A DNA stretch of 64,000 nucleotides from Methanothrix sp. (GCA_963682135.1 OY821645.1:2592001-2656000); one strand, 5' to 3'; positions 47,005 to 57,299 are shown, counted from the first letter of the stretch. A program made the numbers and translations. Notes: generated by a model not told the origin, from the sequence alone.

Positions 47005-47793
47005 ATGCCCGAACTTCCTGAAGTGGAGATGGCTCGCAGATATTTGCGGGCCACAGCGCTGCATCAGTCCATCCGGGCGGCAGAGGTCAGGGACGATCGC
47101 ATCCTGGCCGGTATATCCGCGACCGAATTCGAGCAGGCCCTGGCCGGCAATCAGTTTTACTGCGCTATGCGTCACGGCAAGAGGCTCTTTTTGAAGCTGC
47201 ATGATTCGCTCTGGCTGACGCTTCATCTGGGCCTCACTGGAAGGCTGATCTATCAGGAAAGCGGGGCAGAAGAGCCCAGTCACACCCGCCTGCTCATATC
47301 CTTCGAAAAAGGCCAAAACCTGGCCTTCGATGACCCCAGGATCTTCGGCGAGGTGGGCCTCGCGAAAAGCCCCCAGGCCTTCCTGGTGGAGCGAAAGATC
47401 GGACCGGATGCCCTTCAGCTCGACCAGGATGGCTTTCTAGAGATCATGAAGGGCAGAAAAGGCCTGATCAAACCTGCGCTGCTCAATCAGAGGCTTATCG
47501 CGGGCCTGGGCAATCTCTATGCCGATGAGTCCCTCTTTCAGGCAGGCATCTGTCCCAAGACTCGCGGCCTGACAATTGGGCAGCTCACAACCCTTTTCTC
47601 GTCCATCCAGGAAGTGCTGAAGAAGGCTCTTGCCACTCATGCCGATCTGGAAGAACTGCCTGATTCCTACCTCCTGCCCCATCGCCATCCCCAAGGAAGA
47701 TGCCCAAGAGATGATGCTCTTCTCAGACGCGAAAAGATCGGCGGGAGGACCTGCTACTATTGCCCCGTGCATCAAAAAATGAAAAAAAGTTAA
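47005..47793 (+). CDS. mutM: Formamidopyrimidine-DNA glycosylase (Fpg/Nei)
   Basis: MPELPEVE, RHGK, HLGLTG, DPRIFG, H2TH GLGNLYADE, C-terminal zinc finger remnant. Confidence 0.92.
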   Translation: MPELPEVEMARRYLRATALHQSIRAAEVRDDRILAGISATEFEQALAGNQFYCAMRHGKRLFLKLHDSLWLTLHLGLTGRLIYQESGAEEPSHTRLLISFEKGQNLAFDDPRIFGEVGLAKSPQAFLVERKIGPDALQLDQDGFLEIMKGRKGLIKPALLNQRLIAGLGNLYADESLFQAGICPKTRGLTIGQLTTLFSSIQEVLKKALATHADLEELPDSYLLPHRHPQGRCPRDDALLRREKIGGRTCYYCPVHQKMKKS

Positions 47794-47875
47794 GAATAAA
47801 TAGTACGAATCATGTATGATAACTGTCCAGCAGCTCTTGCAGAAATCATGGCTGCCGGCGGGGAAGGGTAGGAGA

Positions 47876-48268
47876 ATGAAAGAAGGAGAAGATGTTTCCT
47901 GCGATGTAATCGATCAGTCGGTGCTGGCCAGCCTCCGAGAGCTGCAAGATGTTGGGGACCCGGATATCATCGCTGAGGTGGGCGGACTATTCATCAAGCA
48001 TTCGCCTGAGAAGGTAAGAGCTATTTTACAGTCTGTGGAAAGCGGGAACGCCAAGGGGTTGCACATGGCTGCCCACAGCCTGAAGTCCAGCAGCGCTTAC
48101 GTCGGAGCGATGCGTCTCTCGGTTCTGGCCAAGGAACTCGAGCTGATGGGACGGTCAAATTCATTGGACGGGGCTGCAGAGTTGGCGCAAAGGCTGAAAA
48201 CGGAATTCATCCTTGTAATGGCCGCTCTTGAAAAGGAGATCAATGAGCAAGGCAAAGAGCGTTTGTGA
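47876..48268 (+). CDS. Stand-alone Hpt domain protein
   Basis: AAHSLKSSSAYVGA..LS..AKELE motif. Confidence 0.88.
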   Translation: MKEGEDVSCDVIDQSVLASLRELQDVGDPDIIAEVGGLFIKHSPEKVRAILQSVESGNAKGLHMAAHSLKSSSAYVGAMRLSVLAKELELMGRSNSLDGAAELAQRLKTEFILVMAALEKEINEQGKERL

Positions 48269-48923
48269 TCGCGTCTACACCGTCGGTGGATCGGATCTCT
48301 CTGCACCGGAAGATGCTTTCGTCTATCTGGTGGATGCCGGGTCAGAGCTGGTGCTGGTAGATGCCGGTGTAGGCTATGGCATAAGCAGAATTGAAGAGAA
48401 TATCCAGTCGCTGGGCTTTGAGCCGGCCAGAGTCTGGCATATAATCGCCACCCACTGCCATATCGATCATATCGGAGGCCTTTTCGCCTGGAAGGAGCGC
48501 TACGGCTGCAAGATAATCGCCCACGAGCTGGACCGGGCGGGAATTGAGGGCGAAAACAACGCACTTACGGCGGCCAGTATGTACGGTGTGGACTACAAAC
48601 CGGTCTTGGTGGACACGTTGCTCAAGGGTGAAACACAAAAGCTCGCCCTGGGCGATTTGGAGTTTAACTTCCTGCACACTCCCGGGCACACGCCCGGCAG
48701 CGTCTGCGTCTATATCGATACTAAAGACGGCCGGGTCCTATTCGGACAGGACATTCATGGGCCGTTCTCACCTGCATGGGGATCGGATCTAAAGAAGTGG
48801 CGCGTTTCCATGCAAAAGCTGCTGGCTTTGCGAGCTGATGTGCTCTGCGAGGGGCATGCAGGCATCTTTCGAGGGGAAAAAATAGGCAAGTATATTGAGT
48901 CGTATTTGAAGAAATACACATAA
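48243..48923 (+). CDS. MBL-fold metallohydrolase
   Basis: THCHIDH, TPGHTPG, GQD, CEGH. Confidence 0.9.
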   Translation: MSKAKSVCDRVYTVGGSDLSAPEDAFVYLVDAGSELVLVDAGVGYGISRIEENIQSLGFEPARVWHIIATHCHIDHIGGLFAWKERYGCKIIAHELDRAGIEGENNALTAASMYGVDYKPVLVDTLLKGETQKLALGDLEFNFLHTPGHTPGSVCVYIDTKDGRVLFGQDIHGPFSPAWGSDLKKWRVSMQKLLALRADVLCEGHAGIFRGEKIGKYIESYLKKYT

Positions 48924-48946
48924 ATTGCTGATACGAATTGAGGACG

Positions 48947-49370
48947 GTGAGGCTCATTACCTACAAGTCATGGCTCATAATAATAGCAGCGGTGCTGATC
49001 GCAGGTGCTATAATTTTTTCCGAAGATAGGGAATCGTCCGGTCCTGGATCATCCACATCCGGATATAGCGGTAGTTTTGCAGGCATTCCTGATCAATAAT
49101 TTCCGAAATCAGGGCAGCGAGCATCTATGGCTCCTGGTAAAAAATCAGCAGGGTGAGAGCATGTATGTCGATCCCAGCTCAGATAAGATGAAGGCTGATT
49201 CCATCTGCCCTACAATGCCCGAGTACAAGAGCTATCAAGAGATGTTTAAGGATATCTATGAGCTAAGCAGCAATATGGGTGGCGTGGATAAGTACGCCTG
49301 GTGGAATACGGATGACGGAAGAAAGCTGTACGAAAACAGCGTCATGCTGCTGAAAAAAGAGCAGCTTTAG
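48947..49370 (+). pseudogene. Frameshifted exported hypothetical protein
   Basis: GTG 48947 begins a signal anchor (WLIIIAAVLIAGAIIF); the coding-like remainder is in the +1 frame; removing one T from the T6 run at 49014-49019 joins them. Confidence 0.45.
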
Positions 49371-49978
49371 CCGTTCATCCTCTCATTTTTGTTCCAACTC
49401 ATTCTACTTTCAAGCGCTGCCCGTGCCGCCAGTCGGGCGAGTCGCACCGGCTCCGGCACCCGTCCATCTCGCGTGAATTTATTGAGCAGAATTCTTGCTT
49501 CATCGGGCGAGGCTCCCCAGACCCGGACGAAGACCTCATGACCCGTCCGGAGACGGACACACTGGCGCTCACCGAGCTTGCAGTAAAGGCGAAGCTTCTC
49601 ATCCGGGCTGGGAAAATACTGGCGAATATATCTTTCCAGGCCGGGAGATTCCTCGTAGGTGAGGCAGACCAAGGGCCTTTGTGTCTCTTCGAAGACCCGC
49701 TTTAGATCGATGATGTTAAACCAGCTTAAGGCCACGCCGCTTAAGATCAGAGCATTCACATCCTCTCGGTCCAGCTGCCGGTAAAGGCTGAGCACCGCCT
49801 CTGTACCATCGTCGCCGCCCACAGTGGCATGGGCATAAGCCAGGCCGTCCACGCGCAGGTCGGCACGCATGACCACGCCGGCAATTGTGGAGGTAGAGGA
49901 AGAGCGCACAAAGCTTTCCGCAATCCCCAAAACTCGCAAAGCCGGCTTGTTGAGATGAAGAGACACTGGCGAGACCAC
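49367..49978 (-). CDS. DUF99 family protein (endonuclease V-like)
   Basis: RVLGIAESF, TVGGDDGT, WFNIID, VPEPVRLA. Confidence 0.85.
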   Translation of the reverse strand: MVSPVSLHLNKPALRVLGIAESFVRSSSTSTIAGVVMRADLRVDGLAYAHATVGGDDGTEAVLSLYRQLDREDVNALILSGVALSWFNIIDLKRVFEETQRPLVCLTYEESPGLERYIRQYFPSPDEKLRLYCKLGERQCVRLRTGHEVFVRVWGASPDEARILLNKFTRDGRVPEPVRLARLAARAALESRMSWNKNERMNG

Positions 49979-49979
49979 C

Positions 49980-50267
49980 CTAATCCTGCCCGGATTTTCC
50001 CGCCTTTTCCAGGATATCTCTCAGAGGCGGAGCTATCTCTAAAATGGCCTCGATAGTCATCGGCTCGCCTGCAACGGATACTGCGTACTGTCCTGCCGGC
50101 TCGACGATAAGCATGGCAAGAGGCGTTACCTGAATAGCCTGGACCTTGTCCTCAAAGCTCTTCAGAACTGTGATTCTGGTCACAGGCCAAATTGTTCTAT
50201 CGCCCGCTTTTATCTCCTTGCCCACCAATACCTGCAGATCTATCTCAGGAAGCCCGATTTTCTCCAT
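49980..50267 (-). CDS. Degenerate YtfJ/GerW-like small protein
   Basis: VGKEIKAGDRTIWPV...VTPLAMLIV resembles the YtfJ core. Confidence 0.6.
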   Translation of the reverse strand: MEKIGLPEIDLQVLVGKEIKAGDRTIWPVTRITVLKSFEDKVQAIQVTPLAMLIVEPAGQYAVSVAGEPMTIEAILEIAPPLRDILEKAGKSGQD

Positions 50268-50269
50268 GA

Positions 50270-50950
50270 TCACGTCCACCCCAGCATATCTTTCAAGAGT
50301 AGCCTGATCTCGCTTATTCGCATGGCTTTGATCACAGCCAAGACAGGCCAGAGCAGTCTGGCCTCGATCTCGGCTTTGAGCTCTCCCTCCAGCCGCACTC
50401 CCGCAAACCATGGATCGATGGAAATATTGGCTGGAAAGGTGCCAAGCGCCGATGCCAAGAACCAGAGATATCCGCTGACAATAGCAGTCTGGGCGGGATC
50501 GTCCAGGCCAAAGCATAAGCGACAAGAGCTCTTCTTAAAGTGAATTGACTTGAGAAGGTCCCAGAGAATTTTCGCCAGTGCAGGAGCGACATTAATCATA
50601 GATTTAATACTGGGAGAGCGGATGGTATCTTTCGTCTCACCTTCAGTCTCACTATCATTCTTTATCTTAATTCTCTCATCGACGGCTCGCTCCTCTTTTC
50701 CGGCCTCTTCTTTCTGGATGGAGGCCAGCAATTCGTCGGCAGACTGGGGCGAAATCTCCACCTTTCTCAAAGTTAGCCCTAGCCACGCCAGCTTAATACT
50801 AACCCACACCAGTGGTCCCTTCTTGCCGACATTCAGGGAGAGGTTGAAGGGAGCGAGGAGAAGGATGGCCAAAATAATTATTAAAAGCAAAATAAACATA
50901 ACTGGAATAGATATATGGGGAATAAATATGGCAGGATAAGAAAACAGCAT
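50270..50950 (-). CDS. DUF2953 (YtfI-like) membrane protein
   Basis: N-terminal TM segment and FGLDDPAQTA motif. Confidence 0.8.
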   Translation of the reverse strand: MLFSYPAIFIPHISIPVMFILLLIIILAILLLAPFNLSLNVGKKGPLVWVSIKLAWLGLTLRKVEISPQSADELLASIQKEEAGKEERAVDERIKIKNDSETEGETKDTIRSPSIKSMINVAPALAKILWDLLKSIHFKKSSCRLCFGLDDPAQTAIVSGYLWFLASALGTFPANISIDPWFAGVRLEGELKAEIEARLLWPVLAVIKAMRISEIRLLLKDMLGWT

Positions 50951-50972
50951 TCCTAAAGCCTCCAGCTGGCAG

Positions 50973-51383
50973 CTATTCTACCTTGATGGCAGCCATATCA
51001 TCTATTCTCTTCTCTTGCATCTTCTTGTGGCTCATCATCTCCATAAGATCATAAGCGATCTCGGATAATGATTCCCCCGGCGGCGACAGGGGGATAACCT
51101 TTACGCCTTCCGGGCCAGGGATTCCTTTGAATATGATCAGAACAGCGAAGGGGAAGACCCCCACCCCCCCACCTGTTGCATGCCTCGCCAAGGCTTCTTC
51201 TTTCATATCTTCTTCTTTCGCATTCGCGCCCGTCTGGTTCGTGTTGGTGCCAAAGCCCATGCCCATCTTGGCGATGGGTATGATGATCTTATCTTCCAGC
51301 TCTATCGGTCCGCAAATTAATTGAGCCGAGAGTGCCTTGAATAGTTCATCATGTGCGGCTCCATTGGCATCAACGCCTGGCAT
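50973..51383 (-). CDS. YtfJ/GerW family protein
   Basis: GPIE..DKIIIPI.KMGMGFG...GGGVGVFPFAVL. Confidence 0.8.
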   Translation of the reverse strand: MPGVDANGAAHDELFKALSAQLICGPIELEDKIIIPIAKMGMGFGTNTNQTGANAKEEDMKEEALARHATGGGVGVFPFAVLIIFKGIPGPEGVKVIPLSPPGESLSEIAYDLMEMMSHKKMQEKRIDDMAAIKVE

Positions 51384-51460
51384 CTATATCTCCTTTTATA
51401 ACTATAGCCACTTTATATATACATTTTTCTGCCAGAAAAGAAATCACAAAGAATAAGCCC

Positions 51461-51886
51461 CTAATATTTTCCTAATAATTTTGCTAAGCTTGCGTGCATG
51501 GTGTGGATACTCAGGCCGCAACCAAGATACATCATGGGGCATTTTCCAATGATGCACTGCATTTGCAGTTGTGCACATCTCTGTTTAGCCTGAACTGTCT
51601 CTGTCCTCCAGTGAATCCAGCATTTCTTAATGCCCATCCTATTTAGTTCAACGATTGCATTCTCTGTCTTTTCCGGTTTCACCCCGATTATAGCACAATC
51701 GAGATCTTTCGGAAGATCCAGGATGCTTCGCTTCGTCCCTTGTTCCGGGCTATCCGACAGATCAACAACATGAACTATCTTTCCTCTCCGTATCAATTCG
51801 TTTATCGTCAATTTCATGGCCGGTTTGGTCTTATCTGTGACAACGGCAAAGCTGTTATTCTCCCAGAATGACTCCTGCTCCAACAT
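51461..51886 (-). CDS. CoA-binding domain protein
   Basis: FAVV...SILDLP..LD.AII...GIKKCW...CPMM pattern. Confidence 0.75.
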   Translation of the reverse strand: MLEQESFWENNSFAVVTDKTKPAMKLTINELIRRGKIVHVVDLSDSPEQGTKRSILDLPKDLDCAIIGVKPEKTENAIVELNRMGIKKCWIHWRTETVQAKQRCAQLQMQCIIGKCPMMYLGCGLSIHTMHASLAKLLGKY

Positions 51887-51956
51887 ACACTATCACTTCG
51901 GTAATTCCATTGTGGGCTCAAAGTATAAAAATAAGGCCGCAGATGACTATGAGATA

Positions 51957-52844
51957 ATGCAGATTACAGATCACATTCATGCCCTGAAGATCCCTTTTCA
52001 GATAACCGATCCTTCTGGCAGGAGAATTGACAGATTCGTTTACGCCTTTCTTATTTACGGGGAAGAGATTTGCCTTATCGACAGCGGCGTAGCCGGATCT
52101 GAGAAATACATTGTGGAATATCTGAAAAGAACCGGCAGAAGCCCGCATGATATCTCCGTGCTCATCCTAACTCATGCTCATCCTGATCATATTGGGTCCG
52201 CCGCCGCCCTCAAACGCATCTGTGGTTGCACTGTGGCCGCTCACGCAGCAGAAAAGGCATGGATCGAGGATGTAGAGTTGCAGGCAAAGGTGCGGCCCGT
52301 TCCCGGCTTTTTCTCTCTGGTGGGCGGCTCGGTCCAGGTCGACCGCGTACTGAAAGAGGGAGATGTCCTGCATCTGGAGAGCGGCCCTTCTTTGCAGGTA
52401 CTGCACACGCCCGGCCACTCTTCCGGCTCCCTCTCCCTGTGGATGGCAGAAGAGGGCGCTCTCTTCACGGCAGATGCGGTTCCCATTGCCGGAGATATGC
52501 CCATTTATCAGGACATCCTGGCATCCGTCCGATCAGTGCAGAGGCTTTCTTCAATTCCGGAGGTCAAGCACCTTCTGGCTGCCTGGGATGAGCCGCGCTC
52601 TGGTAGCGAAGCCTACCACATCATGGATGAAGGGCTGCAATATCTGCAGCGTATCCACAGCAGCGTTCTCAAGGCAGCAAGAGAAAATCCAGCACTGCTG
52701 GAGCAGGACTTTATGCAGCTATGCAGACAAGTTTTAGTTGGGCTAGGCCTGCCACCGGTCATGGCCAATCCTCTGGTAGCCTCATCTTTTCAGGCCAGCT
52801 TAAGAGAGGAGATGCGAGAACAACAGGATCTCCTGAGAATCTGA
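51957..52844 (+). CDS. MBL-fold metallohydrolase
   Basis: LIDSG, THAHPDH, TPGHS, FTAD. Confidence 0.88.
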   Translation: MQITDHIHALKIPFQITDPSGRRIDRFVYAFLIYGEEICLIDSGVAGSEKYIVEYLKRTGRSPHDISVLILTHAHPDHIGSAAALKRICGCTVAAHAAEKAWIEDVELQAKVRPVPGFFSLVGGSVQVDRVLKEGDVLHLESGPSLQVLHTPGHSSGSLSLWMAEEGALFTADAVPIAGDMPIYQDILASVRSVQRLSSIPEVKHLLAAWDEPRSGSEAYHIMDEGLQYLQRIHSSVLKAARENPALLEQDFMQLCRQVLVGLGLPPVMANPLVASSFQASLREEMREQQDLLRI

Positions 52845-52873
52845 GCGGAGGAAGAGAAAGAGGAAGAAGTCAC

Positions 52874-53230
52874 ATGAATCCGACATACGAAGATGAGGCG
52901 AGAATAATCTGGCTCAAGGATCATGATGCTCTGGCCAGGATGATTTACGTGCGGGAGAGATGGTTGCTCTGCTCCCTTCGCACTGGTCCTGTCAAGGCTC
53001 CTCCTGATGAGATTCTCATCGGCTATGCGGTATTGAAGAAGACTGCAATTAGAGCTGAAGACGCGGGATTTTACAGAAGGATCTTCATCCTGCACGCAGA
53101 GGAAGGAGTCTGCGATCCCAAAGGAGTCTGTCGGGATAGTCTGCCGCCTGATGCAGTCGATCCGCTGCTGGTGGAGGCAGGAAAGACCAGCCCAAGGCTT
53201 GACAGAGCAGGATATGGACATAAGACATAG
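52874..53230 (+). CDS. Hypothetical protein resembling DUF6009
   Basis: IIWL...YVRE...GYAVL...FYRRIF...PDAVDP pattern, recalled from actinobacterial DUF6009. Confidence 0.55.
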   Translation: MNPTYEDEARIIWLKDHDALARMIYVRERWLLCSLRTGPVKAPPDEILIGYAVLKKTAIRAEDAGFYRRIFILHAEEGVCDPKGVCRDSLPPDAVDPLLVEAGKTSPRLDRAGYGHKT

Positions 53231-53309
53231 ACCATCTAGGTCATCTTTAACCGCAAAGATCAAAACCTGCCCACACTATGATAAAAAACAGACCACAGGG
53301 AGTCAAGAT

Positions 53310-54380
53310 ATGCCCATTAAGCTACGCATTGCCACCTTCAACCTCATGAACCTGGACGACCGGCGCGACCGTTACCCCAGCTTAGAGGAGCGTATACCCA
53401 TCCTGCGACCCCAGCTGGTTCGACTGGATGCGGACATTCTCTGTCTGCAGGAGGTCTGCGGCCAGCATAAAGGCAGCAGAAAGGTGCGCTTGGATGCCAT
53501 GGACCGCCTCCTGGAATGCACGCCTTACGAAGGCTACAAGAAAGTCAACACCATCGATCCGGATACAAGAGAGCCCTTTGAGCATCATAATCTGGTCATC
53601 CTCAGCCGATACGATATTGTGGAGCATGACCAGTACCTGCACGAGTATGCCCCCTCTCCTCGCTACAAGAAGGTCACAGCGATTCCAGAGGAGAGCGAGG
53701 CCAGGGAGATCTCCTGGGAGAGGCCCATCTTGCATGCCAAAGTGCGTCTTGCCAACAACATGGTGGTGGATGTGATCAACCTGCATCTCAAGAGCCGCAG
53801 GCCCACGAATATCCAGGGTCACAAGCTGACACCGAGGACCTGGAAGACGGCTTCCGGCTGGGCGGAGGGCGTTTTTATATCCAGCATGAAACGCATCGGC
53901 CAGTCGCTGGAGACGCGTATTCTCATCGACAATCTGTTCGATGTAGATCCCTGCGCCCTCATCGCCGTCTGCGGGGATTTCAATGAGGAGTTTGATGAGG
54001 TCTCCATTGAAGCCATTCGGGGCGACGTGGAAAACACCGGCAACATGGACCTGTCCATGCGGGTCATGGTTCCCACAGAGAGAAACATACCCGAGCCGGC
54101 GCGCTACTCGCTGCTGCACAACGGCAAGGGAAAGATGCTCGACCACATTTTGGTCTCCAGGACCATGCTGGCCTATTTCAAGGGCTCAGAGGTTCATAAT
54201 GAGCTTTTGCACGATGAGTCTATTGTCTTCGCCTCCAAGATATTCTATCCTGAGTCGGACCACGCTCCGGTGATCGCCCGCTTCGAGATGCCGGATACGA
54301 AGATCAAATGGGCTGGTGAGGCGGAAGGGGGCGAGAAGAGTATCAGTTGCATAAAGGGGGAGAAGGGGGATTGCCAGTAG
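53310..54380 (+). CDS. Endonuclease/exonuclease/phosphatase (EEP) family protein
   Basis: ATFN, DILCLQE, HLKS, GDFN, LDHILVS, SDHAPV. Confidence 0.92.
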   Translation: MPIKLRIATFNLMNLDDRRDRYPSLEERIPILRPQLVRLDADILCLQEVCGQHKGSRKVRLDAMDRLLECTPYEGYKKVNTIDPDTREPFEHHNLVILSRYDIVEHDQYLHEYAPSPRYKKVTAIPEESEAREISWERPILHAKVRLANNMVVDVINLHLKSRRPTNIQGHKLTPRTWKTASGWAEGVFISSMKRIGQSLETRILIDNLFDVDPCALIAVCGDFNEEFDEVSIEAIRGDVENTGNMDLSMRVMVPTERNIPEPARYSLLHNGKGKMLDHILVSRTMLAYFKGSEVHNELLHDESIVFASKIFYPESDHAPVIARFEMPDTKIKWAGEAEGGEKSISCIKGEKGDCQ

Positions 54381-54967
54381 CGAGGGAATCTTGTGACGAA
54401 GTCTACCAGCCCGCCGAGGACACCTTCCTCCTCCTCAGAGCTGCGCTCTCCGAGGCCGGGCCCGCTGACCGCGTGCTGGAGATCGGCTGCGCCGGTGGCT
54501 TTATCTCCCTGGAGCTGGGGCCAAAGGTCGCCCGCCTCCTGGCCACCGACATAAATCCCCATGCTGTCCGGGCGGCCAGAGCCAGGGGAATTGAGGTCAT
54601 AAGAGCCGATCTGTTTGGGGGTATCAAAGGAAAGTTCGACCTGATACTCTTCAACGCACCATATCTCCCCACCTTGCCGGAAGAGAGAACCGGCCAATGG
54701 ATAGACTATGCTCTGGACGGAGGGGAGAGCGGCAGGCAGACGGTGGATCGTTTTATCAAGGACTTGGCCGGACATCTGAGACCCGGCGGCAGAGCACTGC
54801 TGCTCATATCCAGCCTTACTGGGCTCTCAGAGGTGCAGGGGACGGCTGCTGCTGCCGGGCTGACTGCGGAGGTGGTGGCAGAGGAAGGATGCTTCTTCGA
54901 GCGGCTTTATGTTCTCCGGCTGGGGACCATTGGCTCTTCATTTGGATCCGGATCAGGAGCAACATAG
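54371..54967 (+). CDS. HemK2/MTQ2 family protein methyltransferase
   Basis: VYQPAEDTFLL, VLEIG, DINPHA, FNAPYLP, ALDGG. Confidence 0.9.
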   Translation: MPVARESCDEVYQPAEDTFLLLRAALSEAGPADRVLEIGCAGGFISLELGPKVARLLATDINPHAVRAARARGIEVIRADLFGGIKGKFDLILFNAPYLPTLPEERTGQWIDYALDGGESGRQTVDRFIKDLAGHLRPGGRALLLISSLTGLSEVQGTAAAAGLTAEVVAEEGCFFERLYVLRLGTIGSSFGSGSGAT

Positions 54968-55890
54968 CGCGGCATGGCATCAAGCATGCTGACGAGCTTA
55001 TCCAAAACCTCACTCACGCCCTGGCCGGTCTCAGTGGACATTTGCATTATGTCTTTGTCGTCTGCGAATCTCAATATGTCTGCCTTATTGGCTACAACCA
55101 GAACCGGCAGCGTTAGCCATTTCTTGAGATCTTCGGCCAGAGAGAGCTGGGAATCGATAAGATAGCCGCAGTGTTCACTGGGGTCGAGGATATAGAGAAC
55201 CACGCCTTGCAGATGGCTTAGGGCAGCTACCGTCTGCTGCTCAATCTCATTTCTCTCTTCCATGGGCCGGTCAAGCAGTCCAGGCGTATCCACGACCTGA
55301 TACTTTTGCTCTTCCCGCATGAAATGGCCTACAAAGATACCTCTCGTGGTGAATGGATAATTGGCGATCTCGGGCCGGGCTCCCGTGACTTGTACAATGA
55401 AGCTTGACTTGCCCACATTGGGGTAGCCGGCTATGAGAATGGTCGGCACCGCCGGGTCTATGGTCGGCATCTTGCGAAGGTGGTTACGAGCCTCGTTTAA
55501 AAATAGCAGATCTTTCTCAATGGACCTCATTACCGAAGAGTAGCGCCCGAAGGCCGACTTTCGGGCGGGGGTGGTGTCAAGACCCCGAGACCTTCTAATA
55601 GTGCCTACATACTCTTTTGAGATCAGTCTTATCTGTCGGGATGCCCAGCCCAGGCGAGAAAGGCTGATGCGGATCTTATCCACGCCCGCAATTATATCTG
55701 CCATCTCTCTGTAGAAGGGCGGCAGATTTTCAAAGGAGGGGAATTTCTTGATCAGATTGCTGAGATTGTCGGAGAGAATATTGCCGGCGTTTTGCACCAT
55801 GGACTCGTCATCTGTGGCACGAGAGGCACGCCTAAAGGACTTATTTAAAAGCTCTTCTGATGTGGGTACGGTTGGAAGCTGTTCGAACAT
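54907..55890 (-). CDS. NOG1-family GTPase
   Basis: GYPNVGKSS, YPFTT, DTPGLLDR, NKAD. Confidence 0.93.
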   Translation of the reverse strand: MFEQLPTVPTSEELLNKSFRRASRATDDESMVQNAGNILSDNLSNLIKKFPSFENLPPFYREMADIIAGVDKIRISLSRLGWASRQIRLISKEYVGTIRRSRGLDTTPARKSAFGRYSSVMRSIEKDLLFLNEARNHLRKMPTIDPAVPTILIAGYPNVGKSSFIVQVTGARPEIANYPFTTRGIFVGHFMREEQKYQVVDTPGLLDRPMEERNEIEQQTVAALSHLQGVVLYILDPSEHCGYLIDSQLSLAEDLKKWLTLPVLVVANKADILRFADDKDIMQMSTETGQGVSEVLDKLVSMLDAMPRYVAPDPDPNEEPMVPSRRT

Positions 55891-56016
55891 TATATAACTG
55901 GTTACAGGACTAGGGTGATAAACCTTTAGGCGGATACCGCCTGAAAATAGACATTTATAAATGGTTTTCGGAATGCTTATATATCAGTTCTGCATCTATA
56001 TAGATGAGGTGGCCTC

Positions 56017-56301
56017 TTGAAGAGATTAGGCACCGCTCTTCATGTTGTACAGAATAAATTGATTCTCCAAAGCGAGCAGACTGTTGGAAGCGAGACCAAT
56101 ATCCCCAGAACCAATTCCTGGGTTGTGGATCAGAAGAGGACCAGAGTCGGAAAGGTTTTCGATATATTCGGCCCCATTAATCATCCGTACATCATTGTTC
56201 GACCAAATAGAGGTGTAGATGCCGCTGCCCACGTCGGAAAGAAGCTCTATATCGACGAGGCGCCGGGGAGAGATAGCAAGTGGAAGAGATTGAGAAGCTG
56301 A
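56017..56301 (+). CDS. gar1: H/ACA RNP component Gar1
   Basis: MKRLG...[15 protein letters not shown]; typical gar1-tfb synteny. Confidence 0.88.
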   Translation: MKRLGTALHVVQNKLILQSEQTVGSETNIPRTNSWVVDQKRTRVGKVFDIFGPINHPYIIVRPNRGVDAAAHVGKKLYIDEAPGRDSKWKRLRS

Positions 56302-57293
56302 GAGAGATAGAGAGGGCGGAGCCGGAAAAGCTCAAGGAAAGGACCCGGCTCAAGCGCGAGAAAGAGAAGGTAGACGAGTTCGAGAAGTTCACAGTGGAGT
56401 GTCCGGAGTGCAAGAGCCACACCCTTGTGCGCGACTATGAGCGCGCCGAGCTGGTCTGCTCAGATTGCGGTCTGGTCATCGACGAGAACTTCATCGACCA
56501 GGGGCCGGAGTGGAGAGCATTCGACCACGACCAGCGCATGAAGAGGTCCAGGGTTGGAGCGCCCATGACCTACACCATCCACGATAAGGGCCTCTCCACC
56601 ATGATCGACTGGAGGAACAGGGACTCCTACGGCAAGACCATATCCTCCAAGAACCGCGCCCAACTGTACCGTCTGAGAAAGTGGCAGCGGCGCATCAGGG
56701 TCAGCAATGCCACCGAGAGAAACCTGGCATTCGCTCTTTCGGAATTGGATAGGATGGCGTCTGCCCTTGGTCTTTCCAGAAACGTGCGAGAGACGGCAGC
56801 CGTTGTCTACAGAAAAGCCGTGGACAAGAACCTCATTCGCGGGCGGAGCATTGAGGGGGTGGCCGCAGCAGCGCTTTATGCGGCTTGCCGGCAGTGCAAT
56901 GTGCCCCGCACTCTGGACGAGATTGCAGAGGTTTCCAGGGTTTCTCGAAAGGAGATCGGCAGGACCTATAGATTTGTCTCTCGCGAGCTGGCACTCAAGC
57001 TCATGCCGACAAGCCCCATTGACTACATCCCACGCTTCTGCTCAGGTCTGAATCTGAAGGGCGAGGTGCAGGCCAAGGGAATTGAGATCCTGCGTCAGGC
57101 AGCAGAAAAGGAGCTTACCAGCGGGCGCGGGCCCACGGGCGTGGCAGCTGCCGCAATTTACATCGCTTCAATCCTCTGCGGTGACAGAAGGACGCAGCGC
57201 GAGGTAGCCGATGTGGCGGGTGTGACTGAGGTTACCATCAGGAACCGCTACAAAGAGCTGGCAGAAGAACTGGACATTGAGATAATCCTCTGA
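56280..57293 (+). CDS. tfb: Transcription initiation factor B
   Basis: CPEC...CSDCG zinc ribbon, GPEWRAF B-reader, cyclin repeats, [13 protein letters not shown]. Confidence 0.97.
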   Translation: MEEIEKLREIERAEPEKLKERTRLKREKEKVDEFEKFTVECPECKSHTLVRDYERAELVCSDCGLVIDENFIDQGPEWRAFDHDQRMKRSRVGAPMTYTIHDKGLSTMIDWRNRDSYGKTISSKNRAQLYRLRKWQRRIRVSNATERNLAFALSELDRMASALGLSRNVRETAAVVYRKAVDKNLIRGRSIEGVAAAALYAACRQCNVPRTLDEIAEVSRVSRKEIGRTYRFVSRELALKLMPTSPIDYIPRFCSGLNLKGEVQAKGIEILRQAAEKELTSGRGPTGVAAAAIYIASILCGDRRTQREVADVAGVTEVTIRNRYKELAEELDIEIIL

Positions 57294-57299
57294 AGACGA

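Noticed and set aside
54907-54967. 61-nt convergent overlap of the HemK2 and NOG1 genes as an antisense system
   Set aside because: Both tails are low-complexity extensions, and short convergent overlaps are common in archaeal genomes
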